The notes: a model not told the origin generated them from the letters alone. Shown: positions 28,414 through 38,989, counted from the first letter of the stretch. The stretch is DNA of 64,000 bases from Candidatus Limnocylindrales bacterium (GCA_035559535.1 DATMBG010000037.1:62001-126000); one strand, 5' to 3'. Translations and numbers: made by a program.

Positions 28414-29156
28414 AAAAAACGGGAAAAAGTGCCGGTATCCTTATCATAGGAAATGAAATCCTCTCAGGTAAAACGGTAGATTCCAATTCGCCTTATTTAT
28501 GTCGTGAGCTTCGGAAGCTGGGAGTTGAGGTAAAAAAGATTTCGGTTATTCCTGATGACCTGGACGCTATTGCTAGAGAGGTTTCCCTTTTCTCTCAATC
28601 ATACGACCTGGTTTTTACGTCTGGGGGGGTAGGTCCAACCCATGATGATGTAACCATGGAAGGAATTGCTCGAGGGTTAGGAAGAAAAGTGGTGTTGCAT
28701 CCGGAATTGGAAAAGCTGGTAAAGGACTTCTATGGGACCGACATGAACCCGGCTAAACTGAGGATGGCAGAGGTACCTGAAGGTACCCAACTTATTAAAG
28801 ATGAAGGGCTCATTTTTCCGGTTGTAACCGTAGAGAACATTTATATCTTCCCGGGAATCCCGGAAATTCTTAGAAAAAAGTTTGAAGCCATTAAAAAGCA
28901 GTTTCTGGATGAACCCTTTTTCATGAAACAGGTTTTTGTGAATCAATGGGAAGTCGATATCGCCCATCATCTGAATCGTTTATTAGAAGCTTTCCCCCAG
29001 CTCTTATTGGGTTCTTATCCTGAGTTAAATAATGCTGAGTATAAGGTCAAGTTAACTTTAGAATCTAAAGATAAGAGTTATCTTGAACAGGCCTTTCGTC
29101 AACTCGTTACACTTTTACCGGCAGATGCTATTGTGCGAGTTGAAGGGTTTCCCTGA
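28410..29156 (+). CDS. CinA/MoeA-like molybdopterin-binding-domain protein (no PncC domain)
   Basis: IGNEILSG, GGVGPTHDDVT and FPGIP motifs. Confidence 0.88.
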   Translation: MKKTGKSAGILIIGNEILSGKTVDSNSPYLCRELRKLGVEVKKISVIPDDLDAIAREVSLFSQSYDLVFTSGGVGPTHDDVTMEGIARGLGRKVVLHPELEKLVKDFYGTDMNPAKLRMAEVPEGTQLIKDEGLIFPVVTVENIYIFPGIPEILRKKFEAIKKQFLDEPFFMKQVFVNQWEVDIAHHLNRLLEAFPQLLLGSYPELNNAEYKVKLTLESKDKSYLEQAFRQLVTLLPADAIVRVEGFP

Positions 29157-29165
29157 TTCTGAAAT

Positions 29166-29630
29166 ATGCCTAACCCAACCCCTATTCAAGATAAAATAAA
29201 CACCCTCAAGCGTATGCTTGATACCCAGCCGGAACAACTGGCTCAAATTCGAGATTCGTGTGCGCAGCTTATAGCAGAAATTGATAAGCATCTTCAGACC
29301 GAAAAACGTCAGTATGCCCGATTGGATTTAATTTTATCGGTTAAATACTCCCTGTATGGGGAAAATGAAACCCAGGCCGAACAACTGGGAGTTATTCGAG
29401 ATATCAGCCTGGGAGGCGCAAGTATTGAAATGAAGGAAAAGCCATCTCCAGAAACTCCCGTTGTCCTTAACCTCCTCCGGAATAATGGGAACCCCATTCA
29501 AATCAAAGGACGGGTGGTACGGGTGAGAGATTTTAAAGAAGGTACCTGGCTGGTCAGTGTGGAGTTTACCGAGATCGAAGAAAAAGATCTGAGAGCTATT
29601 TTCCGATTCCTGGCAGAGAATTACGGATAA
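29166..29630 (+). CDS. PilZ-domain protein (c-di-GMP receptor)
   Basis: RxxxR (RQYAR) and DxSxxG (DISLGG) motifs. Confidence 0.88.
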   Translation: MPNPTPIQDKINTLKRMLDTQPEQLAQIRDSCAQLIAEIDKHLQTEKRQYARLDLILSVKYSLYGENETQAEQLGVIRDISLGGASIEMKEKPSPETPVVLNLLRNNGNPIQIKGRVVRVRDFKEGTWLVSVEFTEIEEKDLRAIFRFLAENYG

Positions 29631-29648
29631 ATGGCTCAAAATTAAATT

Positions 29649-30704
29649 TTAGAATCCCAGGGTTGGAGCGGCCACTCCCCCTTCTGGAATAATCCCAAGT
29701 TTTTTAAAATTTTCAACCAGTTCCCCGGTATTCTTGAAGATCTGGGTACACAGACGAGAGAAAAAAGGGGAGGGATTATAGGGAAATACCGCATAGACGT
29801 CTTTGTTGTAACGATGGGCAAAATTCATTTCGCTCAATACTCCCGGGGATAAATATTCGGTTGGATAAAGAACAATAATCATATCGCTTTGATAAATAAA
29901 CTGATAATCCCGATCGATCGTCCGAGTTTCAATTTTTTCTGCCTCGGTTTTGTCAATATACTCGATTTTCTGTCCTTCTTCATCACTTTGCTTCAAAAGA
30001 AGATCGGTGTCTTTAATATCCAAAGGATCAAAAAGAACCAGATATTTACGGAGATAGTTACCGAATTCCCGAATTTTGTCGATCTTCTCCGGGAACTCCC
30101 GTTCGATATGCGTAATGGGATAGCTTAAATAGACTTTCTTTTTATTTGAAAAAATCAGGTCATAGAAATTATCCAGAGGATGCTGCCGGGATACCAAATA
30201 GTAGGGTTTATTATACCGTTCTGCTAAGATCTGGGTAATGAATTTTTCCTCGTCCAGCCAGACATTAATCTCGTTGAGATTCAGTTTATCCCTCCACTGG
30301 GGATTTTCTTGCATCCGACGCTTAATATCGTCCAGATTATCTACGATATTGATATAAATATCCGGTCTGAGCCGATCCAGATTATTAAAGTCAAATCCCG
30401 GAAGAAGCAACCCCCGCCATCGAAAACAGGCATGAATGGTGATAAAAGAAGGCCCCGGGCTTTTCTCCAGTTCTCGGGTGATTCGTTCGAGGGCCAGAGC
30501 ACGCATGAGTTTCAAGACTTTCTCATCGACATCCAGAATCTTTTCTGTAGTCAGGGGGAGCCCCTGCTCTCTGGCAATATTCAGGATATGGCTTCCCATG
30601 TCAAAGAAGCTGATAGGCTGTCCCCGCCGGGTACAGTACTCCTGAAATTCACGCATAAAAATGCCTTTTTCACTACAACTTATTCCGGTACAGAGAACTT
30701 TCAC
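29649..30704 (-). CDS. Fusion of an archaeal-adenylate-kinase-like P-loop domain and a nucleoside-deoxyribosyltransferase/Rcl-like domain
   Basis: N-terminal LCTGISCSEK (degenerate Walker A) and TIHACF...LLPGF; C-terminal VYLSYPIT...FDP...RDYQFIYQSD...SPGVLSEM. Confidence 0.6.
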   Translation of the reverse strand: MKVLCTGISCSEKGIFMREFQEYCTRRGQPISFFDMGSHILNIAREQGLPLTTEKILDVDEKVLKLMRALALERITRELEKSPGPSFITIHACFRWRGLLLPGFDFNNLDRLRPDIYINIVDNLDDIKRRMQENPQWRDKLNLNEINVWLDEEKFITQILAERYNKPYYLVSRQHPLDNFYDLIFSNKKKVYLSYPITHIEREFPEKIDKIREFGNYLRKYLVLFDPLDIKDTDLLLKQSDEEGQKIEYIDKTEAEKIETRTIDRDYQFIYQSDMIIVLYPTEYLSPGVLSEMNFAHRYNKDVYAVFPYNPSPFFSRLCTQIFKNTGELVENFKKLGIIPEGGVAAPTLGF

Positions 30705-30819
30705 ATTAAAATCACGGAGCCACAGGCAAAAGTAAAAAGCAAGGGAAGAAAATCAGGCCGATTTTCTTCTGAACCCTTCCTCTCCGGTCCGCTCCATTTT
30801 TACCTTTAGCCTTTGGCCT

Positions 30820-31911
30820 TTACTTAGAAAGATATCCTTTCTTTAACTCGTCCAGTAACCGTTCCCTTTGGTCATAGAGTCGTTTTAATTTACGAGGTGG
30901 ATGTTTCGCCACTGCATAGGCCGTAATAATGGGAAGGGCTACCGTGGAATCCAGATAGCAAACCACCGTATCGGGTAGTTGATCCGGGTTTACCTTCCCC
31001 CAGCTCACGGCTTCGGAGGGAGTCGCGCCGGAAAGTCCACCGGTATCCGGTCGGGCATCGGTAATCTGAATAAAGTAATCGTGGCCCTTTTCCTGAATAC
31101 CTAAAACTTCCTGGAGTTGAGGCTCGGTTTGAAGCAGAAAGTTTTTAGGCGATCCTCCCCCTAGAATAAACACCGCACTTTTACCCCCTGAGCGCTTAGC
31201 ACCTAGGACGATGGCAGCCGTTTCGTTCACATCTCTGGAAACATCTATTTTTAGGCCATTTCCCTCCAGAGCTTTGGCTGCAATGTTCATCCCAATGGAA
31301 CTATCTCCAGGGGAAGGGGTATAAATGGGAACCCCATATTGATAAGCCGCCGAAAGGAGGGATCTGGTTCCAAGGCCTAAAGCCTTCTCCCGTTCATGAA
31401 CATAGCGACCAGCCAGATAATGGAACTCTGCCGTACTCATCTCGCGTTGAAATTCCGGAGCGGTTATTATCTGTTGGAAGAAGGCATCAGTTGAAAGTAG
31501 TACCTCGTAATCAAAAAAAATATCATAAATGCGAATAACCCCTTCCTGACGAAGGACTACGTCGTTAACCTGGTGGGTTCCTTGATACAAATCCAGGCCG
31601 ATTCCAAAGTGTATGTCGTGATAAAGATTGGCTCCGGTACTCACGATCCAGTCGATGAACCCATGGGTAATAAGGGGGATAAGCGATGAAATACCCAAAC
31701 CGGCCGGCGTTAAAGCACCGGTCAAGCTCATTCCTACCGTGACATTGTCTTCTAATATTTTCCGGGTAAACAGGTGACAGATCTCACGAAGCCGGGCCGC
31801 GTTATAAGCCATAAAAGTCCTATCCACAAGATCAACAATGGATATGGACGGATGAATAGGTTGTGGATCGATTTTATTTCCTCGTAGAAATTTGCTTTTC
31901 GATTTCATCAA
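30820..31911 (-). CDS. Deoxyhypusine synthase-like protein (homospermidine synthesis type)
   Basis: [16 protein letters not shown] and [18 protein letters not shown] motifs. Confidence 0.9.
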   Translation of the reverse strand: MMKSKSKFLRGNKIDPQPIHPSISIVDLVDRTFMAYNAARLREICHLFTRKILEDNVTVGMSLTGALTPAGLGISSLIPLITHGFIDWIVSTGANLYHDIHFGIGLDLYQGTHQVNDVVLRQEGVIRIYDIFFDYEVLLSTDAFFQQIITAPEFQREMSTAEFHYLAGRYVHEREKALGLGTRSLLSAAYQYGVPIYTPSPGDSSIGMNIAAKALEGNGLKIDVSRDVNETAAIVLGAKRSGGKSAVFILGGGSPKNFLLQTEPQLQEVLGIQEKGHDYFIQITDARPDTGGLSGATPSEAVSWGKVNPDQLPDTVVCYLDSTVALPIITAYAVAKHPPRKLKRLYDQRERLLDELKKGYLSK

Positions 31912-32116
31912 AAATAAAATATAAAAGATAGAACATGGCCGGAAACCATAATTTATCTTTTACATTTTATGATTTAGGTTTTACGTTATGTAACATAGTA
32001 CAAAATTAAAGAGCAAAGCGTCAATAGAAAATCCCTTTTTATGATAATAGATTAACCTCTAATCAGATTTCCTGGCTCAAATGCGGCTTTATAACTCATT
32101 AAAGGGAGGAACTATC

Positions 32117-33070
32117 ATGAAGGTGGCTTTAAGTGCACTCGATCTCATCGGCCGTACCCCTCTTGTGGCTTTGGATAGGCTTACAGAAGGTTTGAATGGG
32201 CGCGTATTAGCTAAGGTCGAGTACTATAATCCCGGAGGGAGTATAAAGGATCGGATTGCCCTTCGGATGATCGAAGATGCCGAAAAGAAAGGATTATTAA
32301 AAAAAGGGGGTACAGTAGTGGAATTAACCAGTGGAAATACCGGAATCGGTTTGGCTATCGTTTGTGCCGTAAAAGGGTACCGGATGATCGCAGTTATGTC
32401 CGAGGGGAACAGTGTAGAACGCCGACGCATGCTGGAAGCCTTCGGAGCTGAAGTGGTTTTGGTTCCCCAGGTCGGTGGCCATCGACCCGGTCAGGTTTCT
32501 AAAGAAGACCTGGAAGCTGTGGATAGAAAAACGGCCGAGCTGGTTAAAGAACTTAATGCCTTTCGTCCCGATCAATTTAACAATCCAAGCAATGTAGAAG
32601 CCCACGAGTTTACCACCGGGGAAGAAATTTGGGAACAAACGGAAGGAAAGGTAGATATCTTCGTAGCCATTGTAGGAACAGGTGGGACCTTTGTGGGAGT
32701 CTCTCGCGCTTTAAAGAAACATAATCCAAAGATTAAAGCTTACGCCGTAGAACCGGCCAATACCCCTTTCATAGCCGGAAAGGAAATCAAAACCACCAAA
32801 CATAAACTTCAAGGTGCCGGCTATGCCTTGATCCCTCCCCTCTGGCAACCCGAACTTTGCGATGGGTTCCTTACAGCAACCGACGAGGAAGCCATCACAA
32901 CTGCCAGATTATTGGGTACTCGAGAAGGAATCTGTGCAGGATTTTCTTCCGGAGCCAATGTGGCCTGCGCCCTTAAATTGGCCAGGGAAGTCGAAAAAGG
33001 AACTACCATTGTAACAATTTTATGTGATACCGGATTAAAGTATTTAAGCACGGACTTATATCCTGATTGA
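32117..33070 (+). CDS. cysK: PLP-dependent cysteine synthase family protein
   Basis: NPGGSIKDR, TSGNTG, GTGGT and GFSSGAN motifs; GGAGG RBS before the ATG at 32117. Confidence 0.88.
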   Translation: MKVALSALDLIGRTPLVALDRLTEGLNGRVLAKVEYYNPGGSIKDRIALRMIEDAEKKGLLKKGGTVVELTSGNTGIGLAIVCAVKGYRMIAVMSEGNSVERRRMLEAFGAEVVLVPQVGGHRPGQVSKEDLEAVDRKTAELVKELNAFRPDQFNNPSNVEAHEFTTGEEIWEQTEGKVDIFVAIVGTGGTFVGVSRALKKHNPKIKAYAVEPANTPFIAGKEIKTTKHKLQGAGYALIPPLWQPELCDGFLTATDEEAITTARLLGTREGICAGFSSGANVACALKLAREVEKGTTIVTILCDTGLKYLSTDLYPD

Positions 33071-33339
33071 ATTTGCCGAAAGGGATAAATAGACCGTCAT
33101 CGAATTATACTTTTACTTACTAAGGTAAATAGATAAGGAGCCCCGAAAAAACGATCCATATTGGCCCCTTGTTTACTCACACCTAAAGGCTCAGGAAGCC
33201 TTGGGTAAGTATATTCAGGATCTGGCCCCATTGAGGCTCGATCCATTCCCTTAACCGAAGAGCTGCAAACGTTAGGGGATATCCAGGGCTGGTTGACTTT
33301 CGGGGAGGAAATGGCGGAGGAGGAATTGGAGCGGATGGA

Positions 33340-33933
33340 GTGAACAGGACGTTATTAAGAATCATATATGTGGTCTTGATCTTAATTATTTTTGTTGTTT
33401 CCTATTATTCGACAAGGTCGATGGGTCGACGGCCATCGGCTCGCGGATCTTCAAAGGATCAGGTAGCCAAAATACCCCGGAGCTTAGAAGGGCAGGTAGT
33501 TGAAGTCAAAGACGGGGATACCATTAAAGTACTGGGAGAAGATGGACAGGCGATAACGTGCAGATTATACGGAATTGATGCACCGGAGGTTCCCCACAGG
33601 CGTGAAAATGGACAGCCCTATGGAGAGGAAGCTTTAGAGGAATTATCCCGTTTAGTTTATGGAAAGGTAGTCTACATTGAAACCACCGGGGAGAGAACTT
33701 ACAACCGGGAAGTTTGCCATGTTTTTTTGAAAAATGGGACAAAACAAGATGTAAGTCTTGAAATGGTCAAACGAGGCTACGCCTGGGCCTATCGGCAGTA
33801 TTTGGGAAGAGCCTACGCCTCTGACTATCTTGAAGCAGAAGAAAAGGCAAGGGAAGCGGAAAAGGGACTGTGGAAGCAAAAAAATCCACAACCCCCCTGG
33901 GAGTTTAGAAAACTCAATTCGAGAAGGGTATAA
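33340..33933 (+). CDS. Membrane-anchored thermonuclease (SNase) family protein
   Basis: DGDT, RLYGIDAPE, GQPYG, GYAWAY and KGLW motifs; N-terminal TM helix. Confidence 0.92.
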   Translation: MNRTLLRIIYVVLILIIFVVSYYSTRSMGRRPSARGSSKDQVAKIPRSLEGQVVEVKDGDTIKVLGEDGQAITCRLYGIDAPEVPHRRENGQPYGEEALEELSRLVYGKVVYIETTGERTYNREVCHVFLKNGTKQDVSLEMVKRGYAWAYRQYLGRAYASDYLEAEEKAREAEKGLWKQKNPQPPWEFRKLNSRRV

Positions 33934-34216
33934 ATAAATGCCACCTCTGTTTCAAGACCAACATACGGACAAAGAAGTTCATAGGGAAGATATTAAAATC
34001 GAAGACTAAGATCGCGGCAATCCAGGGGAGGCTCTTATGGTTAGTAAACAGAAAGTAGGAAACAAAGAGAGAAGGTAACCTAACCTGTTAGGTTGGTTTA
34101 AACCATGGAGTAGGGCATTACAGTGCGGAAAAAGAGTTGGGGGCGGGGGTGAACCGTTACCGTTTTATAACCGTTTACCCCTTGCTACCCGCTATTTACT
34201 GCTTGTGGTCTTTTAA

Positions 34217-34510
34217 ATGGGTTTTCTAAATACTTTTAAAGAGACCGCCGGATTTTTGGCGGGGCATGGAAAGGAATTTGCAAAAATAGCAAAGTTAAAT
34301 GTAGATCTCTCGGGTCTTGAAAGAAGACTTGAAAAAGCCTATGCCGCCATCGGAGAACGGATTTATAACACGGAATTACGTCATCGAATTCAAGACCCGG
34401 AGTTAGAAAAGCTTTATCTGGAAATCGGGGAGATCCTGCATCTTATTCAGCAAAAGGAAAAAGAGAAGGAAAGAATTAAAGATTCTATCAAAAAAGGAGG
34501 TACCGCGTGA
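34217..34510 (+). CDS. Hypothetical coiled-coil protein
   Basis: Helical 97-aa ORF whose stop overlaps the gpmI start. Confidence 0.65.
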   Translation: MGFLNTFKETAGFLAGHGKEFAKIAKLNVDLSGLERRLEKAYAAIGERIYNTELRHRIQDPELEKLYLEIGEILHLIQQKEKEKERIKDSIKKGGTA

Positions 34511-36099
34511 GTGTAAAAGAAATCAAGCTACCCTATAGGCCCATTACCCTGATTATTCTGGATGGATGGGGAATTAATCCGAGGACAGAGGGAAATGCCA
34601 TTGCCCAGGCTCGAAAACCTAACTGGGATGAATTAACAGCCCGCTATCCTCATACTTCTTTATGTGCTTCCGGGGAGTGCGTGGGGTTACCTTCAGGCCA
34701 GATGGGTAATTCAGAGGTTGGGCATACCAACATAGGGGCCGGTCGGATCGTGGATCAGGATTTGGTTCGAATCAGTAAGGCTATTAAAAGCGGTGAATTC
34801 TTTCAAAATCCGGTTTTACTTCAAGCCATGTCTAAAGCGAAGTTGGCTCAGCTTCACCTGATGGGATTAGTTTCCGATGGTGGAGTTCACAGTTCCATCG
34901 AGCACCTGTTTGCCTTACTTGAGTTAGCCAGGAGAGAAAAAGTCGAGCAGGTTTATATCCATGCTTTTTTAGACGGTCGGGATACTCCCCCAACGAGTGG
35001 ATTGGGATATATTCAGCAGTTGGAGGATTTTATAACACGACTGGGGACAGGTCGGATAGCAACGGTCATGGGACGTTACTATGCCATGGATCGGGACAAG
35101 CGGTGGGATCGAACTCAAAAAGCATATCTGGCCATGGTTACCGGTGAAGCAGGAACTCCCGATGTTCCACGTTACTTTGCTACAGCTTCAGAAGCTGTAG
35201 AGTATGGCTACAAGCATGGTGAGACCGATGAGTTTCTCATTCCTTCTGTTATCGGCTCCATGGGGAAGGGGGGTAAACCGGTTGCTCCGATGACTCTGAT
35301 TCGAGACCGGGACGTAATTGTTTTCTTCAACTTCCGTGCAGACCGTGCCCGTCAGCTCACCCGTGCATTTATTCAAAAGGACTTTTCAGAATTTGAACGT
35401 AAAGTCCATCCCGAGTTGGGTATGTTTGTTTCGATGACCCTGTATGATGAGACCTTTGATATTCCCGTAGCTTTCAAGCCGGTTGAACTGCACAAAATTA
35501 TGGGAGAGCTGGTAAGTCAGGCTGGTCTTGTCCAACTCCGCATTGCAGAGACCGAGAAATACGCCCATGTCACCTATTTTTTTAACGGAGGAGAAGAAAA
35601 ACTTTTTCCCAACGAAGATCGATGCTTGATCCCTTCTCAAAAGGTGGCTACCTATGACTTAAAACCGGAGATGAGTGCCTATGAAATAACCCAGGAGGTT
35701 GTCCGGAGAATTAACTCCGGTCGTTACGACTTTATTGTACTCAACTATGCGAATCCGGATATGGTAGGGCATACGGGAATTATGGAAGCTGCCGTTCGAG
35801 CCATTGAAGTGACCGATGATTGTATCGGAAGAACGACCCGGGCCACCCTTCAACAGGGGGGAATTACCTTAATTACCGCCGATCATGGTAATGCCGAACA
35901 GATGCTGGATTATGAAACCGGCCAGCCGCATACAGCCCATACCACCAATCCGGTTCCGTTCATTTTAGTTGGGGAGAAATATCGAGGGGTTTCTCTGGCA
36001 GAAGAAGGAATCCTGGCAGATGTAGCCCCCACCCTGTTAGAGATCATGAATTTCCCTCAACCACCGGAGATGACGGGGAAATCATTGATCAGAAGATAA
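34507..36099 (+). CDS. gpmI: 2,3-bisphosphoglycerate-independent phosphoglycerate mutase
   Basis: LDGWG, GNSEVGH, GRYYAMDRD, ETEKYAHVT, DMVGHTG and TADHGNAE motifs. Confidence 0.97.
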   Translation: MSVKEIKLPYRPITLIILDGWGINPRTEGNAIAQARKPNWDELTARYPHTSLCASGECVGLPSGQMGNSEVGHTNIGAGRIVDQDLVRISKAIKSGEFFQNPVLLQAMSKAKLAQLHLMGLVSDGGVHSSIEHLFALLELARREKVEQVYIHAFLDGRDTPPTSGLGYIQQLEDFITRLGTGRIATVMGRYYAMDRDKRWDRTQKAYLAMVTGEAGTPDVPRYFATASEAVEYGYKHGETDEFLIPSVIGSMGKGGKPVAPMTLIRDRDVIVFFNFRADRARQLTRAFIQKDFSEFERKVHPELGMFVSMTLYDETFDIPVAFKPVELHKIMGELVSQAGLVQLRIAETEKYAHVTYFFNGGEEKLFPNEDRCLIPSQKVATYDLKPEMSAYEITQEVVRRINSGRYDFIVLNYANPDMVGHTGIMEAAVRAIEVTDDCIGRTTRATLQQGGITLITADHGNAEQMLDYETGQPHTAHTTNPVPFILVGEKYRGVSLAEEGILADVAPTLLEIMNFPQPPEMTGKSLIRR

Positions 36100-36150
36100 T
36101 CGTTAGAACAAGGATCTTGCCATGATCTGGAAGGTGTTGAGGGTTACCAG

Positions 36151-36312
36151 CAGTGGCATTAAGTTAAGGCCCTCCTTCCTGCCCCTCCCCTTCCCCCCGT
36201 CCACGGGGGGGGAAGGAACGCCGCGGTCAAAGTTCCCTCTCCTGCGAAGCGGGGAAGGATTAGGGTAGGGGTGTCTTTCGTAGGGGCTTCCATCCTTAAC
36301 TTAATGCCATTA
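36151..36312. mobile_element. MITE (~162 bp) with terminal inverted repeats and target-site duplication
   Basis: Perfect 16-bp IR TGGCATTAAGTTAAGG (36154-36169) / CCTTAACTTAATGCCA (36294-36309), flanked by AGGGTTACCAG (36140-36150) and AGGATTACCAG (36313-36323). Confidence 0.8.
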
Positions 36313-36358
36313 AGGATTACCAGGGGCCTGTAGCCACGTGCCCCGGGTTAAGTAAAGT

Positions 36359-37216
36359 TTATCCCTTAGGTACCAGGGCCAGAACCCTTACCGGACTTCC
36401 CGATCCCCCTTCCAGTTTCATAGGCATGGCGATGAGCAGGGCTCCCTTAGCGGGTAGCTTGTCTACATTGGCCAGGCTTGTTAACATATACTTCCCGGCT
36501 CCCAGCATCACATAGTGGGCCGGAAAAGGTGGATTAAAAGAAGCGGCATTACCTGCATCCAGTCCCACGGCCTCCGTTCCAATCCCGTTTACATTCCGTT
36601 CTTTTACGAGGAATTCAGATACTTCCATGGAGAACCCGGGCCATTTAGGTTTTCCGTCGGGATCTAAACCCAGAAATTTTTTAGCATCAGATTGCAGATC
36701 TCCCCAGCCTGTTTTCATGATAACCACAGCGTTTTCCGGAACTTTACCGTTTTTCTTCTCCCAGTCCAGAACATCCTGCTTCGTTAAAAGATAATTCGGA
36801 TTTGCTTTGGCTTTTTCGACCACGTCGATAACAACCGCTTGAGAAATCAACTGATCTACCGGAACTTTATCTACGCAGGCTTTGTCTTTGCCTGTGATCC
36901 AGTGGCAGGGCGCATCGAAATGGGTTCCGGTATGTTCTCCCACTTCAATCCAGTTCCAATACCAGGCAGGACCCTTCTCGTCATACTTGGAAATCAAATG
37001 GCTTGTGTAGCCGGGACTATTGGCCAGGGGAGGTGGAAGTTGAATAACCGGTATCTTTTCATTGAGAGCATGGGACATATCCAGAACCAGGATATCTTTC
37101 TTGACAATGGCCTGGGCAAGCTGATTAAGGTCTACTCCCGGGTTGGAACCGGCCCAGGTGGCCAGGGCTAAAATTAAGGTAACGGCAGAAATAATATAAG
37201 GTAGTTTGTTAGTCAT
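36359..37216 (-). CDS. Cyclase family metallohydrolase (kynurenine formamidase/isatin hydrolase-like) with signal peptide
   Basis: HTGTHFDAP motif, GSGSPVR; hydrophobic N-terminal leader. Confidence 0.88.
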   Translation of the reverse strand: MTNKLPYIISAVTLILALATWAGSNPGVDLNQLAQAIVKKDILVLDMSHALNEKIPVIQLPPPLANSPGYTSHLISKYDEKGPAWYWNWIEVGEHTGTHFDAPCHWITGKDKACVDKVPVDQLISQAVVIDVVEKAKANPNYLLTKQDVLDWEKKNGKVPENAVVIMKTGWGDLQSDAKKFLGLDPDGKPKWPGFSMEVSEFLVKERNVNGIGTEAVGLDAGNAASFNPPFPAHYVMLGAGKYMLTSLANVDKLPAKGALLIAMPMKLEGGSGSPVRVLALVPKG

Positions 37217-37234
37217 CCTCTCAACCCTCCTGCA

Positions 37235-37366
37235 GGGGAGTGTGGGGTATGGAGGTATGAAGGTATGGAGGTACGGGAGTGTGGAAGTATCGGTATGTCA
37301 ATGTATACTCTCATACTTCCACATCCCCATACCCTCCTGCTCCCATACCCCCATACTCCCACACTC
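37235..37366. repeat. 8-mer-based imperfect hairpin repeat
   Basis: Same GGAGTATG/CATACTCC-type units as 2701-2829. Confidence 0.8.
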
Positions 37367-37382
37367 TTTAGTAGTAACGCCC

Positions 37383-38150
37383 TCACACAGCGACCTTCTC
37401 AGGTCGCCACCGACCCAGACGTTTTTCTAACATCCGGAGACTTTCGTTTATTACAATGGCCAATACACAGATAAGACCTACCAGGCTATACAAACTTGCC
37501 GTTTCAAAACTGCTGGTAAGAACAATGATTAAAGTCCCGAGACCTTTTTGAGAAACTACCAGTTCTGCCAGGAATACCCCTAGAAGGGTAAAGTTCATCC
37601 CCAATCGGAGCCCGGTGATCAGGGTTGGGAGCATCCATGGAACTATCACTTTACTGAAAAGTTGAAGCCGACTGGCACCCATGGATCGACTGGCCAGGAG
37701 AAGCGATGGATCAACCCCTCGAACACCGGCCATGGTATTCAGTATAATGGGAAAAAATCCATGGGTAAATCCAAACGCAATTTTAGAGGCTGCTCCAATA
37801 CCAAACCAGAGGACAAAGAGATAGTAAATAGTTACCTGGGGAATGGCGAAAAGGATCAGAATAATCGGACTAAAAAACTGGTAAATTTTATTTTTAAGTC
37901 CGATCAGAAGGCCCATAGGTATGGCTATGCCGGCTGCCAATGCAAAAGCCACCACAATTTCATAAGCCGTGATGGCAAAGGCTGCATGAATATCTGATCT
38001 CGCGAGCAGAACCCAGGTCTTCTGCAAAATCTCACTGGGGGGTACCAGAAATAATCGATCGATATACCCTGCTCTGCAGGTCAGTTCCCAGGCCAGTAAA
38101 CCGGTGCCTATTACCAGCATTCGCAGGGTAAAAATCCATTTTTTCGGCAA
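37383..38150 (-). CDS. ABC transporter permease (NitT/TauT family)
   Basis: EAA-like loop ASRSMGAS; multiple TM helices. Confidence 0.92.
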   Translation of the reverse strand: MPKKWIFTLRMLVIGTGLLAWELTCRAGYIDRLFLVPPSEILQKTWVLLARSDIHAAFAITAYEIVVAFALAAGIAIPMGLLIGLKNKIYQFFSPIILILFAIPQVTIYYLFVLWFGIGAASKIAFGFTHGFFPIILNTMAGVRGVDPSLLLASRSMGASRLQLFSKVIVPWMLPTLITGLRLGMNFTLLGVFLAELVVSQKGLGTLIIVLTSSFETASLYSLVGLICVLAIVINESLRMLEKRLGRWRPEKVAV

Positions 38151-38290
38151 GGGTCATTCAAACCACGAAGGAGCCGAAGAACGGGTCGCGTATAAGAATG
38201 GAAGCGATAGGGCGATACGTTTCATGTTCCTCGGGCTCTTCGGGGAGGGAACATTGTTTTTCCAAATTCTAATACCGGGTCTTTGCCCTC

Positions 38291-38989
38291 CTAAGGGATA
38301 TTGAATTTTCGCTCCATCAGGGATAATAGCATATTAATACCTGCAGCCAGGATCAAAACCACCCAGATATAACTGAACAATAGAGGGGTATCCAGCATGT
38401 CCGAGGCCTGGGCAATTTTGTAACCGATCCCGGCTTTGGCACTGATAAATTCTCCGCCTATGACTGCCAGCAAGACAAAAACCATTCCGATCCGAAATCC
38501 TGAGATCATGGTCGGAAGAGCGGCAGGAAAGATAACTTTAAAAAAGAGCTGGTGAGGTCCGGCCCCCATAGATTTAGCAGCCTTGATAAACTCCGGGTTA
38601 ACCGTACGAACCCCCCAGGTTGTGTTGATCACCACAGGGAAAAAACCGGATAAGGCTGCAAAGGCGATTTTAGAGGCAGAGCCGATTCCAAAAAATAGAA
38701 CACTAAAGGGATATAGAATTACAATGGGAACCGTCGAGATGGCTACCAAAAGGGGTTCAAAGATCTCACCCAAATAGGGGATTCCGCCTAACAGGAACCC
38801 CAGGAAAGTTCCTATCAGAACGGCAATTAAGTAAGCCAGGAGGATCTCTCGCAAGGTAACGGCCAGGTGGATATAAATATCTCCCTCCCTGAACAGTCCC
38901 ACAAAGGTTTTCAAAACCTCGACAGGTGGAGGAAGCAGGGCCGGTAGAACCCATTCATAGGCCGTGGCTATTCCCCAAAAAGCCAGCAA
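38291..38989 (-). CDS. ABC transporter permease (NitT/TauT family); start uncertain
   Basis: AAKSMGAG EAA loop; PAALP...G.RIG. Confidence 0.9.
   Translation of the reverse strand: MLAFWGIATAYEWVLPALLPPPVEVLKTFVGLFREGDIYIHLAVTLREILLAYLIAVLIGTFLGFLLGGIPYLGEIFEPLLVAISTVPIVILYPFSVLFFGIGSASKIAFAALSGFFPVVINTTWGVRTVNPEFIKAAKSMGAGPHQLFFKVIFPAALPTMISGFRIGMVFVLLAVIGGEFISAKAGIGYKIAQASDMLDTPLLFSYIWVVLILAAGINMLLSLMERKFNIP

Noticed and set aside
33340-33933. Thermonuclease as part of a defence system
   Set aside because: It is an ordinary membrane-anchored SNase with no defence-type neighbours.
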